Assembly (NCBI RefSeq): GCF_006345805.1
Contig: NC_043002.1
Span: forward strand, 49,662,001-49,726,000
Length of the DNA stretch: 64,000 bases
Direction of reading: 5' to 3'
Source: Octopus sinensis
Taxonomy: Eukaryota
Made by a program: the position numbers and the translations under genes. This document shows, piece by piece, positions 12,574-26,101 of this stretch (position 1 is the first letter of the stretch; each line of letters begins with the position of its first letter). The notes beneath the pieces are model-generated. The model did not search any database, had not been told where the DNA came from, and was given only the letters and a program-made list of their open reading frames with translations.

Positions 12574-14233
12574 TATGCGTGTATCTCTGTTATCCTTCCC
12601 TACAGCTTGACAACCGCTGTTGGTTTCTTGACGTCCCCGAAACTTAGCAATTCGACAAAAAGAGCCCGATAGAATAAATAGCAGACTTAAAAATAAATAA
12701 GTACGTGGTCGATTTGTTCGTATACTATTCAAGGCGTTGCTCCAGCATGACCGCAGTTCAGTTATTGAAAGAAGTAAAAGAAAAAGATGAAAGACTTCCA
12801 TAAGTGTTGTTGCTGTTGCTACCCCACGTAATCCTTGATCAAGCAGACAAAATGATCAAAGACACTCCATCCGTGACCACGTCGTTTATTCATTATATTT
12901 AATCTCTCTGCGTAAGAAATCTAAGACTACACTATCCAATGTTCTCAATTTCATTTGTAAGTCGCTTATATGGGTTTAACAAGTGATTTGGCTGCTATTT
13001 CTAGCCAGACGATTGACCACATGGAGGCTCTCAATCCCTCGTTGTTTCTCGGTGTTATTACCACTTATTGTGTCTCTAATTTCTTACACCTTCCACTCCT
13101 CCTCTTCGTCCACACAACACTTCGTCCTCGTCCTCGTCCTCGTCCTCTCTCCCCCCTCCCCTTACCCTTTCCACTGCCTTGTCAGTTTCAGTGTGTTCTG
13201 GTTGTCATGGTGATAAGTCGAACAACTTTTGCCCATGTACATGGCTCGTTTAACCAGCGAACGTCATCAACCGCAATAACAACAACAACAACAACAACAA
13301 CAACAACGAGAAGCAAATTATCAGCAGCGGTAAAACAGCAACATTATCAATTACTAAAACAACAACAAGGTCAAAACAAAACGCAAGAAAAGCAAAAACA
13401 AAAAAAAAAAACAAAAAAAAACAGCCATAACAATAAAAAAAAAAGAAACAAACAAACAAAATCAACCGCTACGACATTATCAAACAACACTAAACTCAGC
13501 TTGTTAAGAAAAAACACTTTAAACAACAAAGCAGTGGGCCTTCCTTACGGCCGACTCAAATGCTTGTATCTCTTTCTACACTAATGTACGTGTGAGAGAG
13601 AGAGAGACAGAAAGAGAGAGAGAGATAGAGAGACAAAGAGAGAGAAGGTGTGTGTGTATATACTGAAGCTGCAATACCAGAGAAAAATGATAAAGTGTAA
13701 CTGTTACTGTTTACCATCCTCTCTCCGCAGTTGTTTAAATATCACTCACACACACACACACACACCACACACACACATACACAAACTAAGCCGACAGACA
13801 CACAGGCGCAAGCAAGGCTAGCTAGGTGGTTGGTTAAGAAGCTCGATTTGCAAGCTACATGGTTTCGGGTTCGGTTCCATTGTGCGTCACCATAGGCGAG
13901 TGTATTTATTCTACTGCAATTCCAGGCTGATCTGAGCCTTGAGACTGTATGTGTTTGTGTATATGTGTGTGTTTCCGCCGTGACTGCTCGACAACCGGTG
14001 GTGGTTTATTTATGTCTCTTTAACTCTGGATCAGCGGAGGATACAAACCGAATGAGTGCTATATATATATATGTATATGTATATATATATGTGTGTGTAA
14101 AAAAAAATACAAACTGGGACAAGAACGCAAAACATTTAGAAGACGATACAAAAAACACGGACGGGACATTCGAAGCCTTCAATCTTCAGTCAAGAACCGA
14201 TCATCCTCGCAATTTCGGCTGATTAATCTTGAT

Positions 14234-14292
<59 letters not shown>

Positions 14293-14949
14293 CAGGTGTC
14301 CTCTTTAAAACTGTTAACATTTTGCAATTTAGTTGAGAACTAAATTAGTGGTGAAGCTTGGAAGCTGCTGCGACTGACGAAATGGACTTAAGAATATATT
14401 CAACCATTACCTAGGTTGAATGATATCATTGTATTTCGGATAGTCATTTTATTTATTTATATATTTATTTATTTTGTCAAATAAACACACGCATTATATA
14501 TATTTTTTCTTTACTCGTTTATTTACTTTTCTTATTTTAACTCCTGTCCATTGTTTGGAAATCTTTAGTCCACACACCTGTGACCTCCTCAGCGACACTT
14601 TTCGTTTTCCGTGGTCGATGAAATAAGAAAAGAAAGACAATTACGTACCAGAATCAGTCTAATCAAAGAGTGGTGATGGCGTGGTGTGAATCGTACCCTT
14701 GTGGAAAGGTTAGACATCACCATTCTAATTGGTGTTATAACCACAAGGCGGTGATCTAGCAGAATCTTTACGGCGTCAAACCAAATGCTTAAGCAGCATT
14801 TCTTCCGATTCAATAAGTTTATGTGTGTGTGTGTGTGTGCTTGTATGCACATATGTGCTTATGCGTGTGTGTACGTGCGTGTATGCATGTATGTGCTTAT
14901 GCGTGTGTGTGCGTGCGTGTATTTTTATACTCTTTCTTTTTACTCTCTT

Positions 14950-15330
14950 TTAATTGTTTCAGTCATTTGACTGCGGCCATGCTGGAGCACCGACTTCAGT
15001 CGAGCAAATCGACCCTTAAACTTATTCTTTGTAAGCCTAGTACTTATTCTATCTGTCTCTTTTGCCGAACAGCTAAGTTACGGGGACGTAAACACACCAG
15101 CATCGGTTGTCAAGCGATGTTGGGGGGGAGGGACAAACACAGAAACATAGACACACACATACACACACACATATATACATACATACGACAGGCTTCTTTC
15201 AGTTTCCGTCTACCAAATCCACTCACAAGGCTTTGGTCGGCCCGAACCTATAGTAGAAGACACTTGCCCAAGGTGCCACGCAGTGGGACTGAACCCGGAA
15301 CCATGTAGTTGGTTACCACACAGCTACTCC
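14950..15330 (-). mobile_element. SINE family B
   Basis: Reverse complement of the family B layout. Further copies at ~4925-5280, 9295-9650, 11520-12125, 12170-12785, 15795-16145, 16885-17556, 34005-34370, 53915-54115, 59010-59290. Confidence 0.85.
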
Positions 15331-15931
15331 TAAGCCTATGTCGAGTTATAATACAAAAAAAAAAGAAGAATTTCATCAGGATCAACCTTGCCTCCGGTGA
15401 CGATAAAAGTATCAGTCAAGTACTCGGGTAGAACGATTTGGATTAACCCATTTCACATCCCACTCAAGAAACAAGCTGCAAGATTTGTGTCAAAACCGTA
15501 AGTAGTAGTAGTAGTAGTAGTTCATCCGCGCACCACGGAAGATTGAGTCTTTGATGTGTGTTGTGTAACATTTTGGCACTCCTTCGAATTTGGCACATGA
15601 CATTATTCATCCACATAAGCTTCCCTTAGTCTCCTCACACCCAGACTCTGTAGACCAATTTCGAAGGAATGCCAAACATTCTTCTTTCTGGTCCGACACC
15701 TAAGACGAAATGAAACTCATTATTATTTATTTAGCAAGCCTCCAATATAAACTAATCACAAGATGCTTAAAAATACTCTTGCAGCATCATAGACGTGGCT
15801 GTATGGTAAGAAGCTTGCTTCCCAACCATATGGTTCCGGGTTCAGTTCCACTGCGCGGTACCTTGAGCAAGTGTCTTGGGCCAACCGAAGCCATGTGAGT
15901 GGATTTGGTAGACGGAAACTGAAGTAAGTGT

Positions 15932-15965
<34 letters not shown>

Positions 15966-16482
15966 CCACCGTGTCACAACCAGTGTTGGTTTGTTTACAT
16001 CCCCCGTAACTTAGCGGTTCGGCAAAAGAACCGATAGAATAAGTACTAAGCTTTAAAACAAAATTCCTCGGGTCGATTCGTTCGACTTAAAAACTCTTCA
16101 AGGCAGTTTCCCCATCATGGCCGCAGTCAAATGACTGATAGAGAAGTAAAAAAAAAAAAAAAAAAAAACTATATGACAAAATATCTGCGAATGAGAGATG
16201 TAGAAAAATTCATCTCGGAGCTACAAATAAGAATATACTATTTTTAATAACTTGCAGGCGCAACAGGGAGAAGAAAATTTTACAACGCTAAAAAGATGAA
16301 TATCAAATAATTTTAAGAATAAATAAGACCACAAACACAACGACAACTGTTGTTTGAATAAGTATGTGCATGTGTATATATGTATAGATGCGTGCGTGCT
16401 TGAGTGAGTGTCATTACAGTTTATGTAACCAAGTGGGTGTCAAAGATAGAATGAAGGATGAGAAGCTAAAAAAGGGAGACGT

Positions 16483-16520
<38 letters not shown>

Positions 16521-17073
16521 AAGATAGTTAAATAAGAAAGGGGAAGAGTAAATTGAGGACCAGAGTAAAAGGAAGAGAGGAAATTTGAATGTGTGTGAGA
16601 GAAAAGGTATGTGAGAGAGAGCGAGAAAGGGAGGAGAAACAGTGAGTTGGAGATTGAAAATGTGAAGTAGGGGGGGGGAGGTGTATGGAATTGAAGAATT
16701 TAAGAAAGATAAAGAATAAAGAGAGAAAGAGAATGGGGGACAAAAATCAGCGATAAGTGAGAAGTAGTGAGTGTTGCGGGAGGGGGGAGAGAATATTCTC
16801 GAATGGTGCAGAAACTTACAGAATTAAACACACACACACCACACACACACACACACAAATATATATTCTTTCGTTCTTTTAAATCTTTTTACTTGTTTCA
16901 GTCATTTGACTGCAGCCATGCTGGAGCACCACCTTAAAGGGGTTTATATTTTTCGCCGGAGAATATCGAACCCAGGACTTATTCGAACGGTCTCTTAGGC
17001 AGAACCGCTAAGTTACGGGGGACATAAACACCAACATAGGTTGTCAAGCGATCATGGGAGGACAGACACAAAT

Positions 17074-17167
<94 letters not shown>

Positions 17168-17574
17168 ATGTATATTTTCTTTTACTTGTTTCAGACATTT
17201 GACTGCAGCCATGCTGGAGCACCGCCTTTAGTCGAGCAAATCGACCTCAGGACTTATTCTTTGTAAGCCTAGTACTTATTCTATCGGATCTCTTTTGCCG
17301 AACCGCTATGTTACGGGGACGTAAACACACCAGCATCGGTTGTCAAGCGATGTTGGGGGGGGGGATAAACACAGACACACAAACACACACACACATACAT
17401 ATATACGACGGGCTTCTTTCAATTTCCATCTACCACATCCACTCACAAGGCTTTGGTTGGCCCGAGGCTGTAGCAGAAGACGCCCAGGGTGCCATGCAGT
17501 GAGACTGAACCCGGAACCATGTAATTGGGAAGGAAGCTTCTTATCACACAGCCATGCTTGCACATATATTCTTT

Positions 17575-17955
17575 TCTACTCTAGACACAAGGCCTGCAAC
17601 TTGTACTTAATTCATCGACCCCGAAAAGATGAAAGATGAAAGTCGACCTCAGCGGAATTTAAAGTCGGAACGTAAAGACAAACGGAACGCCGCTCAGCAT
17701 TTCGCCCGGCGTGCTAATGATTCTTATTTCTTTATTGCCCACAAGGGGCTAAGTATAGAGGGGACAAACAAGGACAGACAAAGGGATTAAGTCAATTACA
17801 TCGATCCCAGTGCTTAACTGGTATATAATTTATCGACCCCGAAAGGATGAAAGGCAAAGTCAACCTCGGCGGAAGTTGAACTCAGAACGTAACGGTAGAC
17901 AAAATGCAGCTAAGCATTTCGCCCGGCGTGCTAACCATTCTGCCAGCTCGCCACC
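17575..17955 (-). mobile_element. Two abutting SINE family A copies
   Basis: Two cores; the tail of one joins a 5'-truncated head of the other near 17722. Confidence 0.75.
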
Positions 17956-18268
17956 TTCGCCTGCACATATATTAATTCAAACGGGGGGGGGGGGGGCATC
18001 GATTCTGGAAACTTTCGTTGCAAAGACTTTCGCGATTACTGATTTTTTTCCGATTGAAGCAAAATTTGAACTCAGAACGTAAAACAAATTTATGGATATT
18101 GTACCAGCGGTAAATTAGTCTAGCGGTTGCAGGAATTTGAAGTTCCTGCTTGGAAATAAGAGGATTGATTATAAGAGGATCCGAAACATCAGTGGTTCGG
18201 AAAGTTAGCGTTCTATCTATCTATCTATCTATCCATCTAGATGTGTGTGTGTGTTTGTTAGGTCGGAC

Positions 18269-18423
18269 CAGTAGCATATATGGTGGTGGTGGGTGGGTGG
18301 GGGGACAATAGGGACGGTCCGCGCCCAGGTGGCACTATCAAAGGAGCATAACTTCTGGGTCTGCTGTAAGCAATATGTACTTTTTGTGTTCCAGGGGCGG
18401 CACACATCCTAACTACGCTAGTG
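18269..18423. mobile_element. Degenerate hAT-like MITE
   Basis: Imperfect TIRs CAGTAGCATA / TACGCTAGTG; 8-bp flanks GGTCGGAC and GGTCAGAC. Confidence 0.55.
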
Positions 18424-19887
18424 GGTCAGACATGCCATAGATATGTATGACATTACGGTTTATGTAACCAAGTATGTTTGAGAGACTGAATGGAAGATGA
18501 GAAGCTAAGAAATAGAGGCATGTATGTAGAGGAGTAAAGAGTAAAAGGAGGAAGAGTGAGCAGGACAGATTAAGAAAAGAGTGTTAAATGAGAAAGAAAG
18601 AAAGAAAGGAAGAAAGAAAGGAAGAAAGAAAGAAAGAAAGAAAGGAAAGAAGGAAGGAAGAGAACAGACATCAGGTTGACCCGTACACTTGCAGAGTGAT
18701 ATCTAAGAAATTGGAAGAGGCCATTCGTGAAACCTTCAAGACGTTCAGAGGATGACGCATGCAAACAATTCGGGCCCTAATGGAAGAGAGGCCTGAAAGC
18801 ACATTGTGACTATCGATATAGGAACGTCTGATAGACTGATCGAAAAGTAGATGAACTCGCACGTACATACGTACACACGCGCATACTCATATTTATATAT
18901 CCATGCAAACATGTATCATACTAAATGTATATTAACCGTTAGAAGGTAGCAAGCTGTGGAATTGTCTGAGATAAAATCTCTTCATAGACTTGTATTAAAA
19001 GCACAATATATATTGGAGTGAGATGACCATCGTCGCTGCTGTGACCCATGTGTACGAAAGAAGCGCTTCGCCTTTCCTGGGATTTGTCAATGTTGTATAC
19101 TCGATTATCATCTGCTTAAACGAAATCTATGCCTTGATATACGGGAAACAGTGGTTAGAACATTCACTGATATTGCGGCTGCTTGCCGAACTGTAGAAAA
19201 ACTCGGTATACGCAATTGAATCAAGTCGCTCTAAATGTGTATCATATAAAATGTACATACACCGTTTGTGCAGCCGTAGATTTCTACTGAAGCAACAAAC
19301 AGGCCATGAAGGCAAATGAAGCCCTCACCAGAAAACTCGTTATGCTAAATATAGCATCTAAAGGTCTGGTACACAGAAAGATGTTACTAAGACGACTAAT
19401 TTGGGATCTAATCTTTTTCATTGAAAAATAATAGATCCCTTATCTGTTGTATATGATTTTTTAAATAGTTTCAGTAAATTCCCGGGTAAATGTTTCTAAT
19501 AGAAAAGCAGAAGACACCAGAAGCAAAAATAAGGAATATGCACGCACAGTTAAATATAGAAGTGTAAAGTATAATTTGTTACATAATCTCTATAATAAAC
19601 ATAATATTGAATGGAATAAGTCGTTGTTTTAACTTTTTTAATTACATGTGTATTCTATGCACAGCCTTTCATTGTTTATAATCTGTACCTGTTTTTTGGT
19701 TACGAAATAAGTTAGACAAACGTGTATTTACTTTATGTTGAAGACTTTCTTTTCACATTTCACTTAACGCCTATGTTCCGTGTTGGCATGGGTTGCAGAG
19801 TTACGTAGAAAGTTGGTATCTCAGCTACTAGCAGTTGAAACCTGCGTATAATCTACACGGCGTTTTTAATTTTCCTTATTTTCTTTA

Positions 19888-20163
19888 GGAGCGTACTTCA
19901 AGCAAAGACCAAATACTTCACCACACTCGAGTGTCAACAGTTTGAAGACCTGCATCGTGAGTGCGACATGCAAAATCAAAAAGACGAAGGTTGCAACAAA
20001 AAAATTTCCTTCTCGTGTGGAGGCAGTAATTACCCAAAAGGGCGGCCATATTGAGTGATAAATGTTACATGAAAATTGTATCTGTCTACTATCACTATTT
20101 TAGTATTTATAAACAGTTTTATGCATCGTAAAATTTGTCTCCATTTATCTGCAAGACCTTGTA
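19888..20163 (+). pseudogene. Tc1/mariner transposase C-terminal remnant plus probable right TIR
   Basis: 19888-20058 translates GAYFKQRPNTSPHSSVNSLKTCIVSATCKIKKTKVATKKFPSRVEAVITQKGGHIE*, matching the typical '...R.EAVI...GGHIE*' end of Tc1/mariner transposases; sequence ends TTATCTGCAAGACCTTGTA. Confidence 0.72.
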
Positions 20164-20708
20164 TGTATGTTGTATGTATGTGTGTGTGTATGTAAGTATG
20201 AATGATGTATGTATGTATGTATGTATATGTGTGTGTACCCCCTCCACTACCAGTTGGGAACAAGTGTTCACTTATTTACGTCTCTGTAACTTAGCGGTTC
20301 AGCAAAAGAAACCAATAAAATATGTACCAGACTTTAAAAAAATAAGTTCGACTAAAACCCTTCAAGGCGGTGGCAGATAAAAAGATAAAAAGATATTGTA
20401 GGGTTTTAAGATTATGGTGCTTGAAATTCCTGCTTCTCGTATAGTGTTCGTGAGATTACGTAGACAGTTCTGAGTACATAAAGGCTTTGCGGCGATGATG
20501 ACGATGATGATGTGAAAAAAGTAATCTTAAAAACGGTTGGAATAGAAAGACAGAAAGCAAAGATGGTAGTACTGGTAGTGGTGGTGGTGATGGTGGTTGT
20601 AGCTGTTGTTGCTTTTGTTGTTGTGGCGATAGTAGTGTTGGTGATCGTCGTACATGTTGTTGTACTTGAGATAGTTTGTGATGTCAGATATAAAAAGTTT
20701 AGTTACGA

Positions 20709-20744
<36 letters not shown>

Positions 20745-20965
20745 GTAGGTATATATGTATATATATATATATGTAGGTATATATGTACATATATATATGT
20801 AGGTATATATGTACATATATATGTAGGTATATATGTACATATATATATGTAGGTATATATGTATATATATATATATATATATTATGTATATATATGTAAA
20901 TATATGTAAATATATATATATATATTATGTATATATATATATATGTATATATATAGATATATATA

Positions 20966-22016
20966 GATAGAAAGGGAAGCCGGGTGTTTTGTATCATCAG
21001 ACAAGACTGGTGGTAGTAGTAGTAGTAGTTGAAGTAGTAGTTATTTTTCCTTGTTTTCATTTGTTTTCTCATATGTAGTAAGTAACGTCCTAGATTGTGC
21101 GAAGCCTTGTCAGATATTATATTATGTATGTGTGTGTGTGTGTAGTGTGTATCTGTATGTGCCTGTAATCAGTGGTTTTTGTGTGTCATGTACGTGCTTG
21201 TGTGTTGTAATCGAGTAGACTTTGCGTGTGTGTGTGTGTGTATGTATGTGTGTGTGTGTGTGTGTGTATGTGTGTGTGATGTATATCTGTGTTATTGAAG
21301 GCGAGACAGGCAGCGAACGACACACCAGCCGAACTCTTTTACTAATCAGTAACACTCTTTATCTCTCTCTCGCCATCACCCACATCAATTCCTATTTACC
21401 ACCACCGACACCGACACCGCCTTGCGCCCCCCGTCGCCACAAGATGACAAGCTCTGGGGCCCCAGCAAAGATTTGCTTCTGACGTCTGTCATCGGTGACT
21501 TAGTAGGGTTAGAGAAGAGGGAGGATGAGGAAGAGGAGGAGGAGGACGGCGAGAGAAGAAGAGGAGGGGGAGGAGGAGGAGACGCATTTAAGAGTGAAAC
21601 CAGCTTTAACACTTCCGATGCACAGTCATGAAGACACAGGAAGATTGAACGAGATACTTTTGTGTTTTTGTGTTTTTGTCTGTTTTCATCTTTTAGTCAT
21701 TGGACTACAGCCGCAATGTTTCAGTCGAACAAATCGACGTTTATATTTTTTTAAAGTCTGGTCTCTTGTTGCCGAACAGCCAAGTTAAAGGGAGGTAAAC
21801 AAACCAACACGGTTATCGAGTAGTGGTTGGATGGACAGACACAGAGGCAAACCAAGATAAAGAGTGGGATAAAGAGTTGTTAAAGAGGTTACAGGACGTG
21901 TGACGAAAAAGCTTAGACAAAGAACACTGACATAATAATAAAAAGTCGAAGTGAATACCAAATATAGAGTGTGGGTGTTTAATTGGCAAAATATGACCAC
22001 CCCGAAGTGTGTATAA

Positions 22017-22078
<62 letters not shown>

Positions 22079-22449
22079 TATATATAATATATATATATAT
22101 TATATATATATATATATATTATATATATATGTATATATATATATATGTATATATATAGATATATATAGATAGAAAGGAAGCCGGGTGTTTTGTATCATCA
22201 GACAAGACTGGTGGTAGTAGTAGTAGTAGTTGAAGTAGTAGTTATTTTTCCTTGTTTTCATTTGTTTTCTCATATGTAGTAAGTAACGTCCTAGATTGTG
22301 CGAAGCCTTGTCAGATATTATATTATGTATGTGTGTGTGTGTGTAGTGTGTATCTGTATGTGCCTGTAATCAGTGGTTTTTGTGTGTCATGTACGTGCTT
22401 GTGTGTTGTAATCGAGTAGACTTTGCGTGTGTGTGTGTGTGTGTGTGTA

Positions 22450-22481
<32 letters not shown>

Positions 22482-23219
22482 TGTGATGTATATCAGTGTT
22501 ATTGAAGGCGAGACAGGCAGCGAACGACACACCAGCCGAACTCTTTTACTAATCAGTAACACTCTTTATCTCTCTCTCGCCATCACCCACATCAATTCCT
22601 ATTTACCACCACCGACACCGCCTTGCGCCCCCCGTCGCCACAAGATGACAAGCTCTGGGGCCCCAGCAAAGATTTGCTTCTGACGTCTGTCATCGGTGAC
22701 TTAGTAGGGTTAGAGAAGAGGGAGGATGAGGAAGAGGAGGAGGAGGACGGCGAGAGAAGAAGAGGAGGGGGAGGAGGAGGAGACGCATTTGAGAGTGAAA
22801 CCAGCTTTAACACTTCCGATGCACAGTCATGAAGACACAGGAAGATTGAACGAGATACTTTTGTGTTTTTGTGTTTTTGTCTGTTTTCATCTTTTAGTCA
22901 TTGGACTACAGCCGCAATGTTTCAGTCGAACAAATCGACGTTTATATTTTTTTAAAGTCTGGTCTCTTGTTGCCGAACAGCCAAGTTAAAGGGAGGTAAA
23001 CAAACCAACACCGGTTATCGAGTAGTGGTTGGATGGACAGACACAGAGGCAAACCAAGATAAAGAGTGGGATAAAGAGTTGTTAAAGAGGTTACAGGACG
23101 TGTGACGAAAAAGCTTAGACAAAGAATACTGACATAATAATAAAAAAGTCGAAGTGAATACCAAATATAGAGTGTGGGTGTTTAATTGGCAAAATATGAC
23201 CACCCCGAAGTGTGTATAA

Positions 23220-23223
<4 letters not shown>
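20966..23223. repeat. ~1.2-kb direct tandem duplication bounded by (TA)n
   Basis: 20966-22020 vs 22168-23223 are nearly identical; differences are a few SNPs, small indels and microsatellite lengths. Confidence 0.95.
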
Positions 23224-23264
<41 letters not shown>

Positions 23265-25195
23265 TTCAGTAAAATTTAATTAGATTCAGATGAGTATGGT
23301 ACTTATGTTGAAGGCACCAGAATTTAGTATGGTATTAGCCATATAATTTAAAATAAGGTCGGAACCTTCAAGAGATGTGGGTTTGAGTCCCAAATTGAAA
23401 GATGAAACGATCGTACTGCATTACCTCTGAATATCCTCGTTGCTTATTTTGATTATATATATATCCACGCTCAAACAAACGCCGGATTAAAGTTTCCGTT
23501 TGTTAAATTCACTCACAAATCTGTGATCAGTGAGAGGTTATAGAGTAGAAAGTACTTGTCCAAGGTACCACGCAGTAGGACCGAACATGAAACCATGCGG
23601 TTGCAAAGCGAGTTTCTTAGCTGCATAGACGTGCCTGCGAGATCACAAGTTACGTCTAAGAAAACTAGGGTTAAATAAAACAAGAATTCACTTCAATAAA
23701 ATAGAGACTATATTGAAAGATGGTAATTTATTTTTGGACGCAGAAACGCTGTTAAAACAGTAGAAATATTGGGTAAATTACTCTTGCAAAGCAGAAAAGT
23801 TTGTCAACTAACAGCCATGGGACTCGAACCAACATCTCGAAGACTCCGGCCAAGTGCTTTACCATTAAGCTTAGCTGACCACTGACAAATTAATCCGCAA
23901 TTTAGGCGCTTAATGGTAAAGCACTTGACCGGAGCCTTAAAGAGCTGTTGGTTTGAGTCCCATAGCTGTTTGTCGAGAAATTGAACAATGATATATGTTT
24001 ACTATTTCTCGAGAACAAGAAGGTCGCTTCCTCTATCGAGTTTCCATACAGTTCTTGTTATCTTAATTTCACTCACGAAACTCTGGTCAACTTGATGCTA
24101 CTGTAGAAGATAATTTCCCAAGGTACTGCAGACTGCCATCGAACCCGGAACCACGCAAATGCCAAGTGAACTTGGCAATGGCTGCTGCACCCATTCATTA
24201 AATTCCGTTGCTCGAAATGGACTACTCACTATAGAAAATATCAATAGGTTGGCGGTTGTGTGTATGTCTGTTTGAAATAAGCTTCAGAGATACTTGTCTC
24301 ACTCGCAGACTACCAGGCGCTACTTAAAAATAATGCAAGCTTTTCTAATGATGACTAAATGCTGGAATCGCAAAGTTGGAAACTCTTTTGTGTCTTCGGT
24401 AGTTATCTCAGATTTACAAGTGTATCGCCTCTACATTTCTCTAGAATGAAACAGCGAGGAGTGGATTAGCCTTTAACCAACAGATAGCTTCGTGTGTGTG
24501 TGTGTGCATAACGTTTTAGTATTTCATTTTATAAGGTTAGTAGATAACAAAATTAGTAAACAGAAAGAGAAAGAATGCTTGCTCTACTTCGATACGATCC
24601 TGGACATTGTCAGTTCAAAATCGCCATAACCGACTTTACCTTTTATTCTACGATAAAAGATGCTGTTAAAATAATTACCAGTAATACACTAAGATTTGAC
24701 TCGTTGCTTCTCCTCTCCGTTAATAAGTATGTGTAAATATGTAGCCAATGTTGGTAATCAACGCGAGTTAATTGACTGAAATTTGTATAAAAATTAAAAG
24801 CCATTACATACATACATGGGACATTAAAGAGTGACATAATGAAAGAAGCAGACGACAAACGTAAAGTGGTCGTCTGTTGAGGAGAGTAGAGTGAGGGAAG
24901 GAAGAGTGATAGATGTAAAAGAGACGGGGGGGGGGGAGTGAAAGATGTGGAAGAGAAAGGGGGAGTGAAGGATGTGAAAGAGAGAGGTAGGTAAAAGTAT
25001 GAGAAAAAGAAAGGGAAAGATAAAGGAGGAAATGTCATAATGTAACAGACAACGGAAGTAATGAAAGGAGGTGATGGGGAAAGTGTGCGAGTGTGAGAGG
25101 GAGGGAGAAAGGGGATAAGTGACAGATGATACAGGGGGAAAAGAAATGAAGAAAGATAAGCAGAGAAAGGAGAGGCAAGAATGGAAATGAGAATA

Positions 25196-25243
<48 letters not shown>

Positions 25244-25436
25244 ATAGGGCGAGAGGGGAAAGAGCGTGATTAAAAAGATAGAGAGAAGCATAAAGAGAGG
25301 GTGAGATAAAGCAAGACAAAAAGAGAAATAGTGAGAGAAAGAGAGAGAGAGAGAGAGACCAAGAAACCGGAAAGACAAAAAGCAGAAAGAGCGATAGAAG
25401 ATAGTTCTTAGGGAGTCTTTCTCCGCTCTCTCTCTT

Positions 25437-25468
<32 letters not shown>

Positions 25469-25809
25469 GTCTTTCACTCTCTTCCTTTAACAAAGTCGTC
25501 TTTTAACTCGCAGTTCTAGAGTTCGCATCAATGCTCAACTAAATTCTAAAAATTCCTGATTAAAAAAATTTTTTTTTTAAATTAAAAAGCAAGCTGAACC
25601 CATCCAATATTAATAATGATTTCCAACATCGATCCAGAGCTTGACTGGTAACTGTTTCATCGATTCCATAAGGGTAAAAGAGCAAAGTTGATTCCGGCGG
25701 TACTACAAAATTATCAACATTCTGCATAATTCTTCTGTCGGTACAGATTCCTTTCGAGACCATTCTCAAAGAACCAACCTATTCACTATGATAGTAAAGC
25801 ACTCTAGTT

Positions 25810-26101
25810 CAGTGCTTCTCAAACTATCTGAAGTCGCGTACCGGCAGTTTTTTTTTCTAATGTGCCAGGTACCGGTAATATTTCTTAGTAATATTAATTT
25901 ATACTGGAAACAATCTATATATAATGAATATAATTAAAGTTGACAGTTTTTAAAATCTTATATTTATTTTGTAAACAAATAATACAATATTATATAAGCA
26001 TTTTACAATGTTTCTTTCTTTTCTGGAAACTCGCCGCGTGCCGGCAGCTGACGGCTCGCAGACCGGCACCGGTCCTCGGACCACCACTTTGAGAAGCACT
26101 G
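25810..26101. mobile_element. hAT (Charlie-like) MITE
   Basis: 14-bp TIR CAGTGCTTCTCAAA; 8-bp TSD CTCTAGTT at 25802-09 and 26102-09. Confidence 0.92.

Noticed and set aside
12970-13584. 204-aa ORF; alternative frame contains CSGCH (CxxCH)
   Set aside because: Mostly low complexity; the CxxCH frame stops after ~20 codons and is probably chance.
19100-19320. Possible Tc1 N-terminal helix-turn-helix remnant (KRNLCLDIRETVVRTF...)
   Set aside because: Similarity is weak and no left TIR was found; not asserted as part of the 19888-20163 remnant.
21422-21631. ORF MRPPSPQDDKLWGPSKDLLL... (duplicated at 22623)
   Set aside because: No recognisable homology, half is a purine triplet repeat, and splice signals are unconvincing.
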